Virus record (IMG/VR): IMGVR_UViG_3300019360_000016
Coordinates: 1 to 51,381 of that record
Strand: one strand, 5' to 3'
From: a virus
Taxonomy: Duplodnaviria; Caudoviricetes
DNA: 51,381 nucleotides
Position numbers and translations under genes: made by a program. Under the pieces are notes generated by a model. The model worked only from the letters and a program-made list of their open reading frames with translations, was not told the DNA's origin and did not search any database. Shown one piece after another: positions 26,855-34,837 of this stretch (positions are counted from its first letter, which is position 1; each line of letters starts with the position of its first letter).

Positions 26855-26991
26855 AGCCACAGGAGGGACTTGAACCCTCACCGGCAGGACACACTCCGAA
26901 GTTATTAGCCGCTCGGTGTGCCCCGTTCCCGAAGTAACCGCAGTCACTTCGTTCAGCATTGTCTGCCTGCCTCTACTTGGGCTACTGTGGC
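26855..26991 (-). ncRNA. tRNA-like RNA with anticodon loop replaced by a 75-nt structured insert
   Basis: GCCACAG/CTGTGGC acceptor, TA linker, GCC/GGC D stem, GGCAG/CTGCC anticodon stem, GGT variable loop, GAGGG-TTCAAGT-CCCTC T arm. Confidence 0.75.
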
Positions 26992-27086
26992 TAAGGAGAC
27001 TTCATCGCCGCCCTACATGACGGGGTGGACCGGGCGACAACAATTCTCAGAGGTCTCCTTCCCCTGTAAGGAGTGATCCACCTCAA

Positions 27087-27707
27087 CTACAATTTGGAAA
27101 CCTGCGCAAAGTGCTGTTTCCACAGTCGTCGCCACTGGGCTCTCCTCTTACTACAAGGGATACTACTAGCCTGAGAGTTGAACCAGTGGATATAGGCCCT
27201 GAGGAGTGGATACATGGATTGCCCGCCGGTGTCGATCCACCACTTTATCAGGGAGGACATCAACCATTTCGCATCCTTCGGCTCAAACGAATCAAACCAC
27301 ACCACGACTGCCGCAAACTCTTTACTCGACACCTCTGGGTTGAGTTGCCGCTCCAATGCCTGCACCTCAAAGGGCAGAGTGAGTGCGTTCCCTATCGGCA
27401 CCCAAGTGAGTTTTCCGTTCGGGGCCAGACACTCTTTGGCTGCCCCCACCAGACTCATCGCACACCCCCCGCAGGCGTTGCGGGCCTTAGTGAATTCCTC
27501 CCTGTGGAAGTATCCCTGTAAACTCGGAGCCATCCCGTCCTCCAACGGGCAGGAGAGTTTCCCGAACGTACCCATTATCAGCCGAAATCCCTGCCGCAAC
27601 AGCTCCCTCATTTTCTGTGCCAAGAGGACACGTCTGGCCCGTTTCGAGTACGACCCGAACGGCTTGAAGGATGTAACTTCCTTCGCAACTTTGTTCTTTT
27701 CTGCCAT
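27087..27707 (-). CDS. Hypothetical protein
   Basis: GGAG RBS before MAEKNKV; several Cys (SCP, ACGGC, KEC). Confidence 0.6.
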   Translation of the reverse strand: MAEKNKVAKEVTSFKPFGSYSKRARRVLLAQKMRELLRQGFRLIMGTFGKLSCPLEDGMAPSLQGYFHREEFTKARNACGGCAMSLVGAAKECLAPNGKLTWVPIGNALTLPFEVQALERQLNPEVSSKEFAAVVVWFDSFEPKDAKWLMSSLIKWWIDTGGQSMYPLLRAYIHWFNSQASSIPCSKRRAQWRRLWKQHFAQVSKL

Positions 27708-27916
27708 AACTTGCTCCGCGTTCTGGATTTCCGGGCCACCCACAACGAATGGCCGCGACTCTCTTGTTCCACAGGGTCCTCTATTTCTACAGTGACCCCG
27801 ACATACACTGCAACTCCTATAATGTCGGAGTGCAACTGATTAACTTAAACTCTCCCCGCTCCAGCCGAAGGAGCAAACCTCAACCATCCCCCAGCCTCTG
27901 TCGAACTGGGGGCATG

Positions 27917-27954
27917 AAAAAACCCCACGAATAGCACTAGCCACCCGTGGGGTT
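27917..27954 (-). terminator. Intrinsic terminator (possible attenuator)
   Basis: AACCCCACG...CGTGGGGTT then TTTT. Confidence 0.7.
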
Positions 27955-27960
27955 CCCCTC

Positions 27961-27996
27961 TCAAACACCGACTTGTCGTCGAATCATTTCCACCAT
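27961..27996 (-). CDS. Candidate 11-aa leader peptide
   Basis: GGAG-N3-ATG, MVEMIRRQVGV, stop just before the terminator. Confidence 0.3.
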   Translation of the reverse strand: MVEMIRRQVGV

Positions 27997-28042
27997 TGAC
28001 TCCGCCGATACCGGGTCCAGATATGGGCGAGGATTTCGGCTA

Positions 28043-28070
28043 GTACTATGCTCACAGTCGCAGTTGTCAA
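28043..28070 (-). promoter_or_regulatory. Promoter candidate
   Basis: Perfect TTGACA at 28065-28070; weak -10 (TAGTAC) at 16-nt spacing. Confidence 0.4.
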
Positions 28071-28105
28071 TACGGCGATCAAAAACTCAGGACCATTTGC
28101 CGTCA

Positions 28106-28216
28106 TCACCACCACCTCCCCCTCTTAATGCGATAAAACACATGGGCCAGTGCTAGGGCTCCCACCAGCCCCACAATGGTCATCAGCAGACTAGCAAGTA
28201 GTAACTCTGGAGTCAT
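28106..28216 (-). CDS. Tiny hydrophobic peptide (36 aa)
   Basis: MTPELLLASLLMTIVGLVGALALAHVFYRIKRGRWW; GGAG RBS. Confidence 0.5.
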   Translation of the reverse strand: MTPELLLASLLMTIVGLVGALALAHVFYRIKRGRWW

Positions 28217-28276
28217 GCGGTTTTTCTCCGTTCACCACTACTACTTCGACCGATACGAGACACACCACCATAACTC

Positions 28277-28354
28277 CTACACCAACCACGGGATGAGTAT
28301 GAGTCCTGCACCAGACAGAATACCAATAACAAACTGAGCCCACGGAGGTATCAT
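28277..28354 (-). CDS. Tiny hydrophobic peptide (25 aa)
   Basis: MIPPWAQFVIGILSGAGLILIPWLV; GGAG RBS; ATGA coupling. Confidence 0.4.
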   Translation of the reverse strand: MIPPWAQFVIGILSGAGLILIPWLV

Positions 28355-28468
28355 TTCAATCTCCATCTCGGACACAACACACCGAGAATAGCAGTAATCG
28401 CAACCTTCGCTGCCGTCCAGATTATCACGCCCCAGCCCATCCAATAAATGCTTCGTTCAATTCCGGCG

Positions 28469-28660
28469 TCATACAGTCTTACCTTTCCGGGCCTCATTTA
28501 CCGAGACCCCTTCACTCTTACACTTCGGACACCACGGCACATACTGGGCCCGTTTCGGCATGGAGGCAATCACCACCACGCTCCACTCAAACCCACAACA
28601 CTTCCACGTCGCCAACTCCCATCCCTTCCGGTGGGTCCGGGTAATCTTCGGTCCAGCCAT
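28469..28660 (-). CDS. Small zinc-ribbon protein
   Basis: WKCCGFEW...WCPKCKS. Confidence 0.55.
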   Translation of the reverse strand: MAGPKITRTHRKGWELATWKCCGFEWSVVVIASMPKRAQYVPWCPKCKSEGVSVNEARKGKTV

Positions 28661-28665
28661 AACGG

Positions 28666-28878
28666 TTAATCCCAGTCGTCTCCCTGTTGGGCCGGTTTTC
28701 CCGCCTCCAGCCACCTCTCGTAGTCGGAGAGGTACACGGCCGGTTTCACTCCGATCATCGGACAAGTCTGCCCGGTTATCCATTCCTGAAAACGGGCCCA
28801 ATCCTTGGCGGTGTGGTGGTCTTTAATGTCCTCCCCCCACACATACGCAATGCCCATCATTTTGTGTACCGGTATCAT
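28666..28878 (-). CDS. Small hypothetical phage protein
   Basis: GGAGG RBS, ATGA coupling to the helicase; FQEWITGQT...YLSDYERW. Confidence 0.6.
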   Translation of the reverse strand: MIPVHKMMGIAYVWGEDIKDHHTAKDWARFQEWITGQTCPMIGVKPAVYLSDYERWLEAGKPAQQGDDWD

Positions 28879-30248
28879 CGTTCGGCCTCCGTCAATCCCA
28901 CCCATACATGCGGTTTCTGGGCCCCGGCTTTACGTCGAGCCGATACAATACCCGGAAACACCCTACTCACATCCGCAATCAGGCGGGGGGGCGTGTACCC
29001 CACCGGAAGGACAATCTCCTTCCGTGCTTCCGCAACCCGAATCGCATCCCACAAGTCACTGCGGGGCACAGCTACATCACGGGCCGGCTCATAACTGTAC
29101 TGGGTCAGGAGCCACGTCCTGATCGGATCAGACTCCGCCCTCAATGAGTCCCCTGCCTCGGTGACTGCCCGGCTCTCCGTGAATCGACCGTTAGTCCACA
29201 GGCGGATCAGCCCCTTCACCGCCCAGTTGAAGATTCCCGGTAACTCCGCCGCCGCAATTTTCTTCCCCAAATCTGGAATCTGTTTGTCGCTGGGCACAGT
29301 GTTAGTCCAAGGCATAAGTATGATCCGTCTCCACAAGGCGTTGGTAGGGTCCGCAAACTGGGGTCTCTGATTCATGGAGATCACGAACCGAGCGGTGGGA
29401 TCGGCGGTGAACGTATCCTTCCCTTTGCGTTCAAAGGTGAACGATTCCCCCGTAACAAGGTGTCGAAGCGTTGCAACCGGAACCCGAATACCTGGGTCCG
29501 TCTCCCCACATATGTTGACCAACTTACCCAATGTTCCCACCGGAGCAAATTGCCGTCCGAGTGACCCTAGATCGGTGGCAGAACAGTTCCCGTGTCCGAC
29601 CATAGCTCTAAGTACATCCATCGCTTGTGTCTTACCGTTAGCTCCAGGACCCTCCATGAGTAGCATCTTCTCCAAGGAGGTATCGAATGTACAACAATAC
29701 CCGAACCACTCCTGTAACACCGCCACCCGTTCGGGGTCCTGGGACAAACTCTGCCCCAGAAACTCCAGCCACCTCGGACACTCCGCATGAGGATCGTAGT
29801 CGTAGGGCAGGCAGGAGGTGCAAAACCACTCCTCACTGTGGGCGGCGAGCACCGGTTGCTTGCCCGCTAGGCAGGGGTGGAGGTCCAGAATCCCGTTGCG
29901 GAGGGCGGTCTTGAACCTGTGTTTGTCGGTTTGCCCTAGCTTTCCCGGCATCGCTTGGTCGAGGGGACAAAAACACGCCGATCTCAAACGTCCCTCTATC
30001 TCCATTGCGGAAAACCCCGAAACCTGTAATCCGGTAGCAGCAGTTTGGTGCCACCGGTCGATTAGCATTCGCATGAAGTCCTCCGATCCCGCCTCCTCGT
30101 AGTGTGTCCCTGAGTAATGCCAATAGCTGTTCGCCCACCAGACTAACTTTTTCCCGTAGTGGTTCAGAAACTTCCTCGATGCCAATACATACTTCATGCG
30201 GGAGCATTGAGGACTGGGTTTCTCCGTTTCCGGCAGGTCGGTGTTCAT
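28875..30248 (-). CDS. D5/P4-family superfamily 3 helicase
   Basis: D5_N-like region (LRNGILDL, YDYDPHAECPRWLEFL), LQEWFGY, Walker A GPGANGKT, ALWRRIILMPW. Confidence 0.9.
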   Translation of the reverse strand: MNTDLPETEKPSPQCSRMKYVLASRKFLNHYGKKLVWWANSYWHYSGTHYEEAGSEDFMRMLIDRWHQTAATGLQVSGFSAMEIEGRLRSACFCPLDQAMPGKLGQTDKHRFKTALRNGILDLHPCLAGKQPVLAAHSEEWFCTSCLPYDYDPHAECPRWLEFLGQSLSQDPERVAVLQEWFGYCCTFDTSLEKMLLMEGPGANGKTQAMDVLRAMVGHGNCSATDLGSLGRQFAPVGTLGKLVNICGETDPGIRVPVATLRHLVTGESFTFERKGKDTFTADPTARFVISMNQRPQFADPTNALWRRIILMPWTNTVPSDKQIPDLGKKIAAAELPGIFNWAVKGLIRLWTNGRFTESRAVTEAGDSLRAESDPIRTWLLTQYSYEPARDVAVPRSDLWDAIRVAEARKEIVLPVGYTPPRLIADVSRVFPGIVSARRKAGAQKPHVWVGLTEAER

Positions 30249-30597
30249 AGTTCGGCATGTCCATTAACTCCGGGGGCAGTAATCCACGGGCAACCATCTC
30301 CCTCGTGTGCATGGCTCCCATAACGTTGAAGGCCATAGCCGCCTCGTGATCCTCGTCCACCATTCCTTGGGCGGCTTTCACCCTATGCCGCTCCAACGAA
30401 TCCATGTAGCGGGAGTACGGTATGCCCCGTTCCCAGTTGCGATCCCCGTATTTGGTGGCACCTAACTCCAACCACCGAGCCAACCGCTCAAGGAGCACCG
30501 GACTGATGAGGTCAAACCGTCCTTTCCCCGCCTGTGTATCGCGGCGTGCTCCGGTATTCCATTCCTGTCGGGTCCCCGAATCCTTCATATCGTACAT
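29833..30597 (-). CDS. dATP/dGTP diphosphohydrolase-like (DUF5664-type) protein
   Basis: KDSGTRQEWNTGARRD..GKGRFDLI, GATKYGDRNWERG, SLERH, EDHEAAMAFN; domain ends near 30250 and the frame continues across the helicase. Confidence 0.8.
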   Translation of the reverse strand: MYDMKDSGTRQEWNTGARRDTQAGKGRFDLISPVLLERLARWLELGATKYGDRNWERGIPYSRYMDSLERHRVKAAQGMVDEDHEAAMAFNVMGAMHTREMVARGLLPPELMDMPNYEHRPAGNGETQSSMLPHEVCIGIEEVSEPLREKVSLVGEQLLALLRDTLRGGGIGGLHANANRPVAPNCCYRITGFGVFRNGDRGTFEIGVFLSPRPSDAGKARANRQTQVQDRPPQRDSGPPPLPSGQATGARRPQ

Positions 30598-31139
30598 CCC
30601 AATCTCCTCTGTAACTCTGAGTGAGCAGCCAAAAACTCCTGACGACAATCACGAGCCCCCATCATAAACTCCACGGTTCTCGATGATCCCGGTGCCCTCG
30701 GAAACAGGTTGTCCCGTTCCATTTCTCGCTGGAACATATCCAAATCCTTGACCTCCTGTGGGATCGGCCACATGCCGCTGTAACGGGTAATGATCGTGCG
30801 TAGTAATCTGTTTTCAAATGTCTCCAGACTCAGTACATCAGCGGAGGTGTGTCCCAGACGCATATCGAGATGCTGCTTAATCGGTTGAATGATGTCTCCG
30901 ATGTAGGTCTCCGCCGAGTCGTGGTGCAAGGCGGACACCAAGAATGCGGGGTCCTCGTTAATGAACTTCGCATGTCGGTACACCCTCACAGCATGAGCCG
31001 CAACCGGCCAAGGGATTACCGTGTTCCCGTTGTACCGGTTTTGATTGGCCAAGCTGTGAACAATGTCCCCTATACGTATGGAGGAGGGGAGTAACGGATC
31101 AATGTCCACCTCCCCGGACAGCACACGAACCTTAATCAT
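30585..31139 (-). CDS. HD-superfamily phosphohydrolase (YfdR-like 5'-deoxynucleotidase)
   Basis: DIVHSLANQNRYNG, VAAHAV, LHHDSAETYIGDIIQPIK. Confidence 0.85.
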   Translation of the reverse strand: MIKVRVLSGEVDIDPLLPSSIRIGDIVHSLANQNRYNGNTVIPWPVAAHAVRVYRHAKFINEDPAFLVSALHHDSAETYIGDIIQPIKQHLDMRLGHTSADVLSLETFENRLLRTIITRYSGMWPIPQEVKDLDMFQREMERDNLFPRAPGSSRTVEFMMGARDCRQEFLAAHSELQRRLGCTI

Positions 31140-31509
31140 CTTGGGGTTCTCCTAATGACTCCTCACTGGAAGCCCTAACGCCTGTACGCCTAAAGTGATT
31201 GATGCTCTCCGATTCCAGAAACGCAGCCAGCCCCGCACACACCACCGGATCACCTCCTAGCAGTCGCCGCGTGAATGGTTTCCCCTCCTCAATGATCTTC
31301 CGCCCGGCACAAACGAATCCCTGATTGAATCTACCACCCAACTCCATCATCAGCACGTCATCGGAGACAAACTCAATGTGTCCCTGAGCCGCATCCCGTG
31401 CTATCTCCGCACACTGATGGTCGAGGAGCATAGTGAGTGAGTCTGCTGGGTCCTGCATAGAGGGCAATCCACTCAAAAACCGAGCTGCTGCCTCCTTGTT
31501 GTTAACCAC
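31132..31509 (-). CDS. Hypothetical protein
   Basis: 125 aa ORF overlapping neighbours by a few nt. Confidence 0.55.
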   Translation of the reverse strand: MVNNKEAAARFLSGLPSMQDPADSLTMLLDHQCAEIARDAAQGHIEFVSDDVLMMELGGRFNQGFVCAGRKIIEEGKPFTRRLLGGDPVVCAGLAAFLESESINHFRRTGVRASSEESLGEPQDD

Positions 31510-31678
31510 AAAGCACCTTCTGCCGGTGTAACTTCAACAGTGCTTCCAGAAACCAATTTGAGATCGTGGCGAATACATACTCCCAGTCGTCGGGGTCCTT
31601 GAGGCCGTTCCTGGTCAGTTCGGAACACGCCTCCCCGATTGCCCTGCGGGCGATCACGTCCAGTTGTTCACTTTCCAT
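31502..31678 (-). CDS. Small hypothetical protein (58 aa)
   Basis: Hand translated MESEQLDVIARRAIGEAC...; GGAG RBS. Confidence 0.55.
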   Translation of the reverse strand: MESEQLDVIARRAIGEACSELTRNGLKDPDDWEYVFATISNWFLEALLKLHRQKVLCG

Positions 31679-31844
31679 CGGTAGGCTCCACCATTTTGTC
31701 GATACGATCCGCCAACCAACCTTCCAGTCGTGCCATAAACTCCTGCCGACAGACCGGGTTCAGCATGTCTGCGATGCCCCTAATGCATATTCGGGCTGCC
31801 GTTTCCGCTTTCTCGATACTTGCTAACTGTTCTCCGACATCCAT
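31668..31844 (-). CDS. Small hypothetical protein (58 aa)
   Basis: Hand translated MDVGEQLASIEKAETAARIC...; GGAG RBS. Confidence 0.55.
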   Translation of the reverse strand: MDVGEQLASIEKAETAARICIRGIADMLNPVCRQEFMARLEGWLADRIDKMVEPTDGK

Positions 31845-31856
31845 AACGTGTCTCCG

Positions 31857-32060
31857 TCATAGGCATTGCTCTATTGCGGCCGTAGATGCGTTGGCGAACT
31901 CTGCCTTCTCCAACGCCTTACGTAGTTCATTTCTCTGTGCCATTATTTCGGCATCGAGTTGGCCCAGAAGCTCGATGATCTGCAAGATGGTCTCATCATA
32001 TACTTTAATTTCTTTGATCTTCTTTTTCATCGCTGTCTCCGTTTCGGTTATGGTTGTCAC
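31857..32060 (-). CDS. Small coiled-coil protein
   Basis: Heptad-like LLGQLDAEIMAQRNELRKAL. Confidence 0.5.
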   Translation of the reverse strand: MTTITETETAMKKKIKEIKVYDETILQIIELLGQLDAEIMAQRNELRKALEKAEFANASTAAIEQCL

Positions 32061-32145
32061 TCTGCCGGAATCCCCTTACACCGGCCCAACTGCCACAGAT
32101 AATCTATCTGCACACCGTCCCATCCAAGAGGACAACACTTACCGC

Positions 32146-32595
32146 TTAACCCTGAATCGCCACCGCCTTGACCGCACCCTTCTTCTTCGAGTTGTAGGTG
32201 TAAATCCGGAGCCGGGCCTTGGTTCCGAACGCCTCACCCAAAGCCAGCACACACCCTTTCGTGGTGCTATCCTGCGGCTTGTCACCGGTCAGGATGGTGG
32301 TGAAGTCCTGGAGGGCGGCTTGGTCGTAGGGGTTATTCCCCCAGAACGCCCGCTCAATCAGGCGGTTCTTGTTGGCCCCGTCAATGACTTGGAACCGGAG
32401 ACACACGTTGAGGAATGACACCCCCTCATCACTCTCCGTGATGAAGGTATCGAGGTCGTTGAACACCGTCTCATAGGTGCCGACATCGGGCAACGGATTA
32501 GCCCGCGTCTTGCTGGCACCCTCCGCACACACCTCGTTCTGGGCGTCCTCAGTGTATTCCTGAAGGTTCTTCAGTACGCTTTCCTTCAGACTCAT
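32146..32595 (-). CDS. Putative ssDNA-binding protein (DUF669-like)
   Basis: PLPDVGTYE...LNVCLRFQVIDGANKNRLI; adjacent to the AAA ATPase. Confidence 0.6.
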   Translation of the reverse strand: MSLKESVLKNLQEYTEDAQNEVCAEGASKTRANPLPDVGTYETVFNDLDTFITESDEGVSFLNVCLRFQVIDGANKNRLIERAFWGNNPYDQAALQDFTTILTGDKPQDSTTKGCVLALGEAFGTKARLRIYTYNSKKKGAVKAVAIQG

Positions 32596-32598
32596 AAC

Positions 32599-33441
32599 TT
32601 ATCCCTTCTTCTTGTCATTGTGGGTCGCCATTGCAGTAATCGACTTCTGGAAGATCGCGTCGTAGGCATCCCACAACTCCGACGAATCTCCGCTCTGTGG
32701 CCACTCCGGAAACTCCTCCGGCAACCAGACACGCGTTTTCGGGTTGGCCAAACTGGTACGCCTTCCGGGACGGGTAGAAACATGGTACAGGAGTTTCTTG
32801 TCCATTTTCTCCTTCCCGGATTTGGGGTCCACGACTGTCACCGGAATCCACTCCAGACCTAGAGTGAATATGTGATGACAGTCCTGCTCCAAATACTTCA
32901 ACACTGAGGCAGGCAGTAGGGCCTCAGTAACAATCTCCTCCTTTTCTCCGGTTTTGGATATGAGTTTCTTACGCAGGTGGTCGGTCATCAACAGCCAATA
33001 ACCAGCCCGAAGTAGTTCCAGCCACATGTTCCGCATGTTAGCGGCCACCTTGTTGTGGTCGAAACCGGTAATCTCCTCCACCCCCAACTGCTTCCGGGTG
33101 TACTCGTTGGCGAAACCGAGGAACCCGCCACCTGGGTCCCAAATCACCACATCGTAACGGCGATCCGGACCATTGGCTTCGGCGTCTGCCAGCAACGTTT
33201 TGTGTACCGCCATATATTCGTCGTGGCTGGACACCTGCAATCGGTCGGAGCGAGGATTGACTACGTATCTACCTCCGCCTCCGGGGTCCGCATCCACATG
33301 AATACTCCTTGGGCACCCTCTGACGAAGGAGGTCTTTCCGCTTCCGGGCAGTCCCCGAATAACGAGAAAGCAGTGGTGAGCCTTGCCTGGGTCGAACTTC
33401 CCGCCGATTGAGAACTTATCCCATCCGACTGACTTGGACAT
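32599..33441 (-). CDS. AAA-family (Sak4-like) recombination ATPase
   Basis: GLPGSGKTS Walker A, IHVDAD, YDVVIWD, LLMTDH; between nuclease and SSB. Confidence 0.75.
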   Translation of the reverse strand: MSKSVGWDKFSIGGKFDPGKAHHCFLVIRGLPGSGKTSFVRGCPRSIHVDADPGGGGRYVVNPRSDRLQVSSHDEYMAVHKTLLADAEANGPDRRYDVVIWDPGGGFLGFANEYTRKQLGVEEITGFDHNKVAANMRNMWLELLRAGYWLLMTDHLRKKLISKTGEKEEIVTEALLPASVLKYLEQDCHHIFTLGLEWIPVTVVDPKSGKEKMDKKLLYHVSTRPGRRTSLANPKTRVWLPEEFPEWPQSGDSSELWDAYDAIFQKSITAMATHNDKKKG

Positions 33442-33572
33442 ACTTGTTCCTTCACATTAGATGTTTCGGTTTTCGGAGACCTATCCCCGAAAATGGTATC
33501 CCACTTCCTCGAATACTCCTCGTAACTAATTTGGCGGGGACGAATCCGGCTCCCCTTACCGTTCCTTGTCAT
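33261..33572 (-). CDS. Small phage protein with GKGSRxRP motif
   Basis: GKGSRIRPRQISYEEYSRKWDTIFG; C-terminal part overlaps the ATPase gene. Confidence 0.45.
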   Translation of the reverse strand: MTRNGKGSRIRPRQISYEEYSRKWDTIFGDRSPKTETSNVKEQVCPSQSDGISSQSAGSSTQARLTTAFSLFGDCPEAERPPSSEGAQGVFMWMRTPEAEVDT

Positions 33573-33649
33573 TCCAGGTACTCCGCAGGATATCAGATAG
33601 ACAGATCAAAGTCAAGAGGCTCAACACCACAACTACCATCCCGGCCCTC

Positions 33650-34837
33650 TCAGTTGATTTCCAGTTCAATCGACTTCGCAGTATCTCGGACATACAACCT
33701 CGGAATTATGTGGGCCCACTCCGCCGGGCTCCTCGCCGAACACAGCGGCAGAAACTCACACGGAGCACGTCCTGGTCCCCCCCTACACAGGAACGTATTC
33801 TTGGTGCGGGTAAACTTATGTACCCGCGTAGCCCCACTACAGGCTGCATCCGCTTCCCGCAGGTGGACCTGAAACTCATAGGCCAACACCGGCTCCTCAT
33901 ACCTATGCCAGTAGGGCTCCGGCATGGCGGCGGGACCACCGGCGGTGGAAGTGGGGTGCGTGCCCTCATACCACGACTTCGCTTCCGCCAACCACTCCTC
34001 CGAGGACTGCTTCTGCTTCTGGCGAATGGTCGGACGCTGAATCGCCTCATACACCATACCCACAACCGGAGTGTCCTTCGGCAGCGGGGCGTGGACCGTT
34101 TCCCCATTCAGTGTCGTTGTCACAGTAGCCTTGCCGGATTGGAGATAGGCCAGAGCCGCCAACCTATACATGCGGGTCTGGGGATCGAAGGGGGCAGTGG
34201 AATGAAACTTCACCGGATCATCCCCGGTGATCTTAATGTCTGCCACCCACAACTCCTTCTCCTGGGTGTCGTACATCAACCGATCCATGATGCACTTCAA
34301 CGATGTAGCTAGGCCGGGTAAATCCATGTTGACTTCCACTTCAGTTGCCACCGTTTTGAAATTCTCCGGCAGCTTGTACTTCTCCCAGAACAACTGTGCC
34401 ACCACAGAAGCCAAGGCGAAATCTCCGAGTAGTGACTTCTCCAACTCCTCCTTCGACTTACGACAGTCGGGTTCGGCAGCTATATCTTTGAGGAGTTTCG
34501 CCGTAGCCTTGCGGCCAGCGTTGAGGGCTTCAGACACCCCCACCCCGTCGTGGAGGCTACCGATAATTGCATGGCCAATAGTCCCCGTTTCCCGTGCCGA
34601 CGAGTACCCCTTCTGTTTGAGTTGATACCGATGCCGCAACATGAACTTCATCAGGCAGTCCTGGAGCGTACCGAACATAGACGGGGAGAGGCGGGGTCTC
34701 ACCGACTCCCACCCCACAAACATATTCCAGTTATCGTTGGAGGGCGTACCGGTCCCGGACACCGCCCACTCCTCGAAGGTTTGTACCCCGTTAGTCTTGT
34801 TGTATCCCAGTACCGGTAGGGCAATTGTCTCCGACAT
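33650..34837 (-). CDS. PD-(D/E)XK (Cas4-like) exonuclease
   Basis: LSPS...C, GTIGH, ATEVEV, IMDRL...ADIKIT, QTRMY, C-terminal C...CEFLPLC. Confidence 0.85.
   Translation of the reverse strand: MSETIALPVLGYNKTNGVQTFEEWAVSGTGTPSNDNWNMFVGWESVRPRLSPSMFGTLQDCLMKFMLRHRYQLKQKGYSSARETGTIGHAIIGSLHDGVGVSEALNAGRKATAKLLKDIAAEPDCRKSKEELEKSLLGDFALASVVAQLFWEKYKLPENFKTVATEVEVNMDLPGLATSLKCIMDRLMYDTQEKELWVADIKITGDDPVKFHSTAPFDPQTRMYRLAALAYLQSGKATVTTTLNGETVHAPLPKDTPVVGMVYEAIQRPTIRQKQKQSSEEWLAEAKSWYEGTHPTSTAGGPAAMPEPYWHRYEEPVLAYEFQVHLREADAACSGATRVHKFTRTKNTFLCRGGPGRAPCEFLPLCSARSPAEWAHIIPRLYVRDTAKSIELEIN

Noticed and set aside
26924-26956. Hammerhead ribozyme in the insert (CTGAACGA-stem-GGGAAC)
   Set aside because: Core departs from CUGANGA...GAAA and I could not form stems I and III
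26855-26991. tmRNA or canonical intron-containing tRNA
   Set aside because: No G3:U70 pair, no tag-like reading frame before TAATAA, no U33 or anticodon recoverable, too short for a self-splicing intron
29833-31139. Z-base (2-aminoadenine) genome
   Set aside because: No PurZ/PurA-like gene in the window
32077-32087. TACACCGGCCC shared with 26841-26851
   Set aside because: An 11-nt match is expected by chance
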